A DNA stretch of 64,000 nt from an uncultured virus (IMG/VR IMGVR_UViG_3300020576_003687). Taxonomy: Duplodnaviria > Heunggongvirae > Uroviricota > Caudoviricetes. Made by a program: the position numbers and the translations under genes. Under the pieces are notes generated by a model that was not told the DNA's origin, did not search any database, and saw only the letters and a program-made list of their open reading frames with translations. The DNA lies in the IMG/VR virus record IMGVR_UViG_3300020576_003687. One strand, 5' to 3'. Of this stretch, positions 58,016 through 64,000 are shown piece after piece; position 1 is the first letter of the stretch, and every line of letters begins with the position of its first letter.

Positions 58016-59102
58016 ATACAGACCCAAGAAGATAGCTGATCTCATTGGGCAAGAGTCCGTTACAAGGATTTTGACCAATACGATTATGTCAGGCAAGCTT
58101 CATCATGCTTATATTTTCTGCGGTAAGTTTGGTTGCGGAAAAACTTCGAGCGCAAGAATCTTTGCTGCATCTGTAAATGACAAGAAAGGCATGAGCCTTA
58201 CGCCTGATTTGAATGATCCTGATATTCAGGCAATCTTTGAAGGTAAGTCTGTTGATGTTATGGAGTTTGACGCTGGCTCAAAAGGTAAGATTGAAGAAAT
58301 CAGAGACCTAAAGGAAGCGATACGTTATTCTCCTATAACTCTTAGGCATCGTTTTGTTATTATTGACGAGGCTCATCGTCTGACTGGCGCTGCTGCTGAG
58401 GCTGCTCTTAAGATGATTGAGGAGCCGCCGCCAAACTGCATTTTCATTCTTTGTACAACCAATGCGGAAGATTTGAAGGACACGATTCATAGTCGCTGTA
58501 TGCCCTTGCGATTTAACAAGGTTTCTTGGGACCAGTTGTATATGAATCTTGTTCGAGTTGCAAAGGCTGAAGGTCTTGATTATGACGAAGCTGCGCTACG
58601 AATTGCAGCCAAGCTGTCTAAGGGTTCTGTTAGAAACTCTCTACAGAATTTACAGACAATGCTTACCTTTGCAAATGGATCAAAGCTTTCTGCTGAAATT
58701 GCGCAACAAGCATTAGCAGCAGTTGATGAGAACAAATACTTCGATATTGTCGATATGATCCTTAAACCCGACGCCGGAGAGGCTATGCGCATCATTGACC
58801 AGACTTTAGGTGATGGGCGCGAAGTTGGGGAGGTTCTTGATGGACTCGTTGGACATATTAGAACATTATTGGTCATAAGGACCGCCAAAGACACTTCAAA
58901 GCTTTTGTTTCTGACTGAAGAAGAGAAAAAGAGATTCGTTGTACAATCGCAATCTACATCTGTTCCATTGCTAATACAGATGATAGACTTGCTTGGGGAA
59001 GTTATGAGAGGAATCTCTCTAAACATAAATCCTCAAACGATGTTGGAAAAGTTTGTTGTTTGCTCAATTATCTTCAACAGGACGGAGGCAAAAGCGGCAT
59101 AA
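57996..59102 (+). CDS. dnaX: DNA polymerase III clamp-loader subunit gamma/tau
   Basis: LANKYRP, LIGQE, HHAYIFCG..GCGKTS.ARI, IIDEAH, ALKMIEEPP, TIHSRC, GSVRN. Confidence 0.92.
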   Translation: MSVLANKYRPKKIADLIGQESVTRILTNTIMSGKLHHAYIFCGKFGCGKTSSARIFAASVNDKKGMSLTPDLNDPDIQAIFEGKSVDVMEFDAGSKGKIEEIRDLKEAIRYSPITLRHRFVIIDEAHRLTGAAAEAALKMIEEPPPNCIFILCTTNAEDLKDTIHSRCMPLRFNKVSWDQLYMNLVRVAKAEGLDYDEAALRIAAKLSKGSVRNSLQNLQTMLTFANGSKLSAEIAQQALAAVDENKYFDIVDMILKPDAGEAMRIIDQTLGDGREVGEVLDGLVGHIRTLLVIRTAKDTSKLLFLTEEEKKRFVVQSQSTSVPLLIQMIDLLGEVMRGISLNINPQTMLEKFVVCSIIFNRTEAKAA

Positions 59103-59114
59103 GGTTATCAACTG

Positions 59115-59906
59115 ATGCCCAGACCAAAGAAAAATACAAAGAAGGCTGGAGCAAAAAGAGTTAGCAAGACATTATCAGCGGAAAAGCAAAAACTACTTGC
59201 TGATAAGGAAAAACTAGAACAAGATTACCAAAATAATCTAAGATGTATCAAACTGATCAATAATATCAGGAAAACGAAAGACGAAACAGAGGCAAATAAG
59301 GCATTTGAAGAGTTATTATCAATGCTTTTGCCTAAGATTCAGAAGGTAGTTTCTAAGTTTAACATACCTGGATATGAGTATTCAGATATCTTGCAGGAAG
59401 CTCTTTATGCTCTCCGCTATAAAGCAATCAAAGATTATGACAAGGCCAGAGGTACAGGCGATGGCCCTGCGCCGTTTGATAAGTTCGCTCTTTTATGCAT
59501 AAGAAGACATTTAGCCACAGAGTTCAAGTCTTCTTATCAAAACAAGAAAAGAGTTCTTAATCAATCGGTTTCCATATACAAAGAATCCTCAAGAAATAGT
59601 GATAACGAAGAAGAAGTTTCGTTATCTAACATCATTTCAGATCCTGACGCTCTTGATATTTGCGAACTCACAGCAGAAAATGAGTATTACAAAAACTTGC
59701 AAGATTTATTGTTGTCGTCGCTTTCTAGTTTCGAAAAAGAAGTGTATCTTTTGTATGCACAAAAATACTCTTACGAAGAGATAGCTGAAAAAATCAACAA
59801 CAAAAGGTCTAAAGTTAGAGTGAATATCAAGGGGGTAGACAATGCTCTTAGCCGAATAAAGCATAAGGCCAGAGAAATTCTGACGAAGTACGAAGAAAAG
59901 AAGTAA
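59115..59906 (+). CDS. Sigma-70-family RNA polymerase sigma factor, SigH-like
   Basis: DILQEAL.AL...AIKDYD, FDKFALLCIRR, LSSFEKEV, SYEEIAE, KGVDNALSRIKHK. Confidence 0.85.
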   Translation: MPRPKKNTKKAGAKRVSKTLSAEKQKLLADKEKLEQDYQNNLRCIKLINNIRKTKDETEANKAFEELLSMLLPKIQKVVSKFNIPGYEYSDILQEALYALRYKAIKDYDKARGTGDGPAPFDKFALLCIRRHLATEFKSSYQNKKRVLNQSVSIYKESSRNSDNEEEVSLSNIISDPDALDICELTAENEYYKNLQDLLLSSLSSFEKEVYLLYAQKYSYEEIAEKINNKRSKVRVNIKGVDNALSRIKHKAREILTKYEEKK

Positions 59907-59919
59907 CAAGGAGATAACG

Positions 59920-61176
59920 ATGAAGTTTACGGCTCAAGTTGGCGGTTTGCTCAAAGGTTTGAAGCCTGTTTTGGTTGTTGCAACGAAAGGAATTTTGAAA
60001 GACTACCAGTTTGGCGGTCTAATTACCTTGAACGTTGTCAATGGCTATATTCAGGCAATTGCGGACGGCGGTAAGGTTAGCGCTACGAATGAAATTGGCA
60101 ATGATACCTATAGCATTGATTATGTCTGCGATATGGACGGAACAGTTACTGTCAATGCCGTAGACCTTGAGAATGCTCTTTCTTCGTATGCTCCTTCTGA
60201 TAAGATATCTTGTGAGCTTGTTAATGGTTCAACGGTAAAAATCTCCAGCATAACTGATAGCGATGAAGTTCAAACCATGCCGGTTGTTGGAACTCCATGT
60301 CAGTTCCATGACATAAATGCTGACGGACAAAAGCCGACGAAGCTTTCTATTCGTAGAGATATTTTCCAGAGCTACGCTAGCAAGATTATGTTTGCTTATG
60401 GAGACCAAGAACAGTATAAGCAGTTTACTTATTGGGTTCTCCGTTCATTCGGAACAAATTCTCTACGATTTGTTTCTGGTACAGGAACAATCTTTGCTGT
60501 CGCAGAGGTTGATGGAGCTAATATGACTGATGCTAAGGGCGACATTAAGATGTTGTTCCCTAATGAGCAAACAACAATCCTGCTTGGCATGCTTAAGGAG
60601 CTTACTTGCGATAAGATTTTGATTGAATCTGGCGAGCGATACATTTGCGTTACTTGCGGAGCAATCAGAGTCAATATTTATTCTTGCGATCCGAATGTTG
60701 AATGGCCTGACGAGAACCGCTTCCTCAAGAGAGACAGCAAGTATAAGCTGACAACGAAGGCTGCAAATTGGAAGAATGCAATCAAGGGTATTCTTGCTAC
60801 AAACAATGTAGACCTCAAAGAAGAGAATAAGGTTCATAACTGCGTTCTCAATATTGACCTTTCTAAGAAGGTTATCAACGCAAAGACGGACCATACGCTG
60901 AAGTCTTCCAGAAAGGTTCCGATTGAGGACATTGGAACAAATGAGACGACAAAGGAAGTCAAGATCAACTGTGTTTCTAAGTATATGAGCGAGATTATCA
61001 ATCGTTCTAATGACGAGGAATACTTGCAGTTTGAGATCGAGGACGCTAATCAGCCTGTTGTTGTAAGACATTATGCTGACCCCAATGGCGTTGGTAACTA
61101 CTTGGCCTTCAATAAGCCAAGCGAAGACGGTCTTCAGGAAAGATACTCAGTGTTCTTTGCAACGCTGAAGGATTGA
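59920..61176 (+). CDS. dnaN: DNA polymerase III beta sliding clamp-like protein
   Basis: MKFT....LLKGL..V start, beta-rich three-domain length, WPD..RFL, INCVSKYM.EII; located between dnaX and holA-like genes. Confidence 0.7.
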   Translation: MKFTAQVGGLLKGLKPVLVVATKGILKDYQFGGLITLNVVNGYIQAIADGGKVSATNEIGNDTYSIDYVCDMDGTVTVNAVDLENALSSYAPSDKISCELVNGSTVKISSITDSDEVQTMPVVGTPCQFHDINADGQKPTKLSIRRDIFQSYASKIMFAYGDQEQYKQFTYWVLRSFGTNSLRFVSGTGTIFAVAEVDGANMTDAKGDIKMLFPNEQTTILLGMLKELTCDKILIESGERYICVTCGAIRVNIYSCDPNVEWPDENRFLKRDSKYKLTTKAANWKNAIKGILATNNVDLKEENKVHNCVLNIDLSKKVINAKTDHTLKSSRKVPIEDIGTNETTKEVKINCVSKYMSEIINRSNDEEYLQFEIEDANQPVVVRHYADPNGVGNYLAFNKPSEDGLQERYSVFFATLKD

Positions 61177-61180
61177 GTGG

Positions 61181-61213
61181 ATTGTTGCAGTCAGAAATGG
61201 CTGCAACAGTTTT
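61181..61213 (+). terminator. GAAA-tetraloop hairpin/terminator between dnaN and holA
   Basis: ATTGTTGCAGTCA-GAAA-TGGCTGCAACAGT followed by TTT. Confidence 0.65.
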
Positions 61214-61216
61214 ATT

Positions 61217-62371
61217 ATGGCTGAAAATAAGAACAATGCAGCGTGGGTAAGCGGTGCTTACTACCTGGCAAAGCCGTTGCTTTCTAAAATCAGAGAGAAG
61301 TTCAAAGGGGCAGAGTCTTTTGACTGCTACGAGAATACTCCGTTTAGTAAGCTCATGACATGGCTTTCGTCGAACTCATGTTTTGCGGATAACCGCTTAG
61401 TTGTTATTCACGCGCTTCCTAAGATGACAGAAAGCGAAAAGGATAAGTTCAAGCTTGTTTTAGAAAAGCTTGAAGGCAATGTATGGGTTATCTTCTTTAT
61501 GATAGACCCGTCCGATGCAAGAGCTATATACAATACGGTTAAGAAGTTTGGTAAGCTCTTTGAGTTTGACGACACTGTTGTTTCTAGTAGCGCTACAGAT
61601 TGGATAAACAAGCGAGCAAGAGAACTTGGTTTTGAGCTTGAACAAGAAGCAGTTCTTGCAATTGCAGAAAACGCTTTACTTGTCAAAGATAAAGAAACCG
61701 CTCTTGATCCTTTGGAGTCAACGCTTCAACGATTAACGTTATATGCTCCAGGCAAAAAGGTTTATTCTTTAGAAGATGTTATTTCAACCGCTGCATTCTA
61801 CAACAACTTTGTTATATGGAATCTAATGAATGCTTGCGACGAACGTAACTATGAAAAATGCTTGAACGCTTTCAACAAGTGCGTTGCAGCGAATGCAGAT
61901 CCAATCAAGGCTATCAATGAAATACTACCAATGATGGCTTGGAAGTATCGCATGCTTCTTTGTATGAAAGAATTGCTTGCTAATGGAGCGTCTACCGAAG
62001 AAGCAGTATTGAAGGCTTCTTCGATTAGGAAAGTTGCTTTTGAAAGTTCGGGCTTGAAGGCTATTAGCAAAACCAATTTGATAGAATCAGGCCAAGATAA
62101 GGATAAGCCTGTTCCCGTTTGGAATCAAAGAGCTTGTTCTATGGCTGTTTCTGGTAATTATGGAAGAAAGCCTCAGATAGAGATTTATTCTCGAAAAGAT
62201 CTCTACCTTATAGTCAAGTGCATTGAAGATAGCTTGATTCTATCAAGAACGTGTAGCTCTCAAGGAGAAGCTAGTTTGATTGCCGATGTTCTTTTTATGA
62301 CGATTTGTTCTGTAATGGATTCTGCGTCGGTGTCAAAAATAGTCAAGTCTCTTAATAAAGTAAGGGTATAA
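61217..62371 (+). CDS. holA: DNA polymerase III delta subunit-like
   Basis: FADNRLVVI, WINKRARELGFEL..EAV, LQRLTLY, EDV, FVIWNLMNA; replisome context. Confidence 0.7.
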   Translation: MAENKNNAAWVSGAYYLAKPLLSKIREKFKGAESFDCYENTPFSKLMTWLSSNSCFADNRLVVIHALPKMTESEKDKFKLVLEKLEGNVWVIFFMIDPSDARAIYNTVKKFGKLFEFDDTVVSSSATDWINKRARELGFELEQEAVLAIAENALLVKDKETALDPLESTLQRLTLYAPGKKVYSLEDVISTAAFYNNFVIWNLMNACDERNYEKCLNAFNKCVAANADPIKAINEILPMMAWKYRMLLCMKELLANGASTEEAVLKASSIRKVAFESSGLKAISKTNLIESGQDKDKPVPVWNQRACSMAVSGNYGRKPQIEIYSRKDLYLIVKCIEDSLILSRTCSSQGEASLIADVLFMTICSVMDSASVSKIVKSLNKVRV

Positions 62372-62373
62372 TT

Positions 62374-62643
62374 ATGGACGAGGGCTTGCATTTGAGTAAA
62401 GTACAAACAAAATGTTTGCAGGCATTTTCTGCAATGACAAAGTTACATGATGCTTGTCAGAAACTTGTTATTTCTCCATCTCAAGAAGCGGTTGACGAAA
62501 TAGCGGGGCTTGCTACTGTTTATCAGTCTGCAACCGAAGAATTTCAAGGCGCTCTTATGGACTTTCTCAAGAATATTGCAGAGCCTTCTGAGGAAATACA
62601 AATAACTTCGTCTCAAACTGATATTGGATACAAAATCAACTAG
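62374..62643 (+). CDS. Hypothetical protein
   Basis: 89-aa ORF. Confidence 0.5.
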   Translation: MDEGLHLSKVQTKCLQAFSAMTKLHDACQKLVISPSQEAVDEIAGLATVYQSATEEFQGALMDFLKNIAEPSEEIQITSSQTDIGYKIN

Positions 62644-62652
62644 GAGGCTTGT

Positions 62653-63021
62653 ATGTCGGAAAAAGATCCAAAAAATCCAAAAGATAATGATCAAAATCCA
62701 CCGCTTGATGATTATGGCATAGATCATGATCGTCTTCTTGAAATATGCGAAAAGATAATTGAGATTACTCATAAACGGTATGTAGAAGACGGTCAACTTC
62801 CAAAGAATGCCGCCGAACTAAGAGATGTTGCTGAAACTCTTGAAAAGGTTTGGTCGCTTACAAGCAACATTCTTAATCTTGACGACTTCATTAGGTCTGC
62901 TATGCAGGCTTTTGCTACTGGAAAAGGAATCCCACAAGATGGTGAAGATTTCCGTTTAGAAGACATTATTGACGAAGAATTTGACGACGAACTCGATGAC
63001 GACGAAGACGATACGGAATAA
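62653..63021 (+). CDS. Hypothetical acidic protein
   Basis: 122-aa ORF with SD AGGAGG. Confidence 0.6.
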   Translation: MSEKDPKNPKDNDQNPPLDDYGIDHDRLLEICEKIIEITHKRYVEDGQLPKNAAELRDVAETLEKVWSLTSNILNLDDFIRSAMQAFATGKGIPQDGEDFRLEDIIDEEFDDELDDDEDDTE

Positions 63022-63024
63022 GCA

Positions 63025-64000
63025 ATGAAAGACTATTACGGTATTTTAGGGGTCTCTGAGGGAGCAACGGATGAGGAGATCAAAAAGGCTTATCGCTCAT
63101 TGGCGATGAAGTATCATCCTGACCGTAATCAAGGCGATTCGACTTCAGAAGAAAAGTTCAAAGAAGTAACTGAAGCTTATGATGTTCTTTCAGACCCTAA
63201 GAAGAAACAGAAGTACGATCATTACAAGAACAGAGGCGGACCTGATATAAACTTCAATAGCGATGCCCCTGATTTTCAAGGGTCCGTACATGACGTATTC
63301 AGGGACTTCTTTAGAAGCCAAAATCATCATAACTCGGCGCAGGGAAGAGATACGTTTTGTGATATTTCCTGCTCATTTGAAGACTCTATTCATGGAGTCA
63401 AGAAGAGTGTTAGCTTTTCTACAACAGAGGTTTGCGGTTCTTGCAATGGCGAGGGAGTTAAAGCGGGAGCCAAGAAAGACAAATGCAAAAAGTGTCGAGG
63501 TTCGGGTCGTATAGTCATGAATCATGTTATGGGACAGAACCAGGTTATGCAGATGGTTTCGTCATGCGATGAATGCCAGGGTTCTGGCGTTTCCATTAAT
63601 GATAGTGATTTATGTAAAGATTGTATTGGCGGTTTGAATGAAAAGCATATTAGGGTAGACGTAGATATTCCGCCTAAGTTTGTTTACGGTACTGCTCTTA
63701 GAGTTGCGGGACAAGGTTATCATTCTTCTCCTAAAGGTAGAAAAGGTGATTGCTATATCAGAGTTCATCCAGAAGAACATGAACTTTTTGATATGACAAC
63801 AAGCTATGATCTTGTTATTGAAGCATACATAACGATGTCAGAAGCTATTCTTGGCACCACAATAGAGATACCGATTCCTGAGGGAGGCTCTGAAAGGATA
63901 ATAATTCCTTCGGGAGTTTCTACTAATGACAAATTCGTAGTTCATGGTAAAGGTCTTTATAGAAAAGGCGGTCGAGGCAATATAATTGTCGTTGTCGTTG
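63025..64000 (+). CDS. dnaJ: Class A DnaJ chaperone (runs off window; absent from the ORF track)
   Basis: [10 protein letters not shown]...[59 protein letters not shown] repeats. Confidence 0.93.
   Translation, partial: MKDYYGILGVSEGATDEEIKKAYRSLAMKYHPDRNQGDSTSEEKFKEVTEAYDVLSDPKKKQKYDHYKNRGGPDINFNSDAPDFQGSVHDVFRDFFRSQNHHNSAQGRDTFCDISCSFEDSIHGVKKSVSFSTTEVCGSCNGEGVKAGAKKDKCKKCRGSGRIVMNHVMGQNQVMQMVSSCDECQGSGVSINDSDLCKDCIGGLNEKHIRVDVDIPPKFVYGTALRVAGQGYHSSPKGRKGDCYIRVHPEEHELFDMTTSYDLVIEAYITMSEAILGTTIEIPIPEGGSERIIIPSGVSTNDKFVVHGKGLYRKGGRGNIIVVVV

Noticed and set aside
1054..62796. Numerous short minus-strand and nested ORFs (e.g. 7327-7959, 40481-41122, 60463-61071)
   Set aside because: They are shadows of well-supported plus-strand genes and have no motifs or RBS.
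63263..63514. 83-aa ORF in the track
   Set aside because: Alternative frame inside dnaJ (63025 to window end).
1..64000. Genome-wide stop-codon reassignment
   Set aside because: TAA, TAG and TGA all end recognisable full-length genes (e.g. TAG at 23518 and 35797, many ATGA overlaps), and gene density is already high in code 11.
1..64000. tRNA or rRNA genes
   Set aside because: No cloverleaf or rRNA-like segment recognised in the short intergenic gaps; tRNAscan-SE was not run.

Overview
Gene-dense, almost entirely + strand segment of a very large (jumbo/huge) bacteriophage genome read in standard code 11; no virion genes, tRNAs or CRISPR arrays were recognised, so phage origin is inferred from gene content. 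It holds (i) a bacterial-type replisome (DnaB, DnaC/I-like loader, DnaE in two pieces, DnaG in two pieces, DnaX, HolA-like, DnaN-like) plus gp32-like SSB, RecA, UvrD, an SF2 helicase, TopA and a dNMP kinase; (ii) host-like genes (IF3, SigH-like sigma factor, SpoVS, DnaJ, IMPDH/GMP reductase); (iii) five DNA methyltransferases; (iv) an ~18 kb glycan cluster (NeuA/NeuB/KdsC-like, Maf-like, two GMDs, Fcl, many GTs and SAM methyltransferases); (v) two inteins and two antisense free-standing LAGLIDADG genes. Most notable: both antisense homing endonucleases sit next to a gene whose 5' region is broken at a Tyr codon and then repeated. An FmdB-like gene appears re-initiated from a new RBS and ATT codon, and an N4C methyltransferase has an 8-nt coding gap shaped like a ribosomal bypass. 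Also notable are an extein-less, catalytically dead intein-LAGLIDADG gene and a G(T/A)CGA-N9/10-ATG motif suggesting leaderless promoters.
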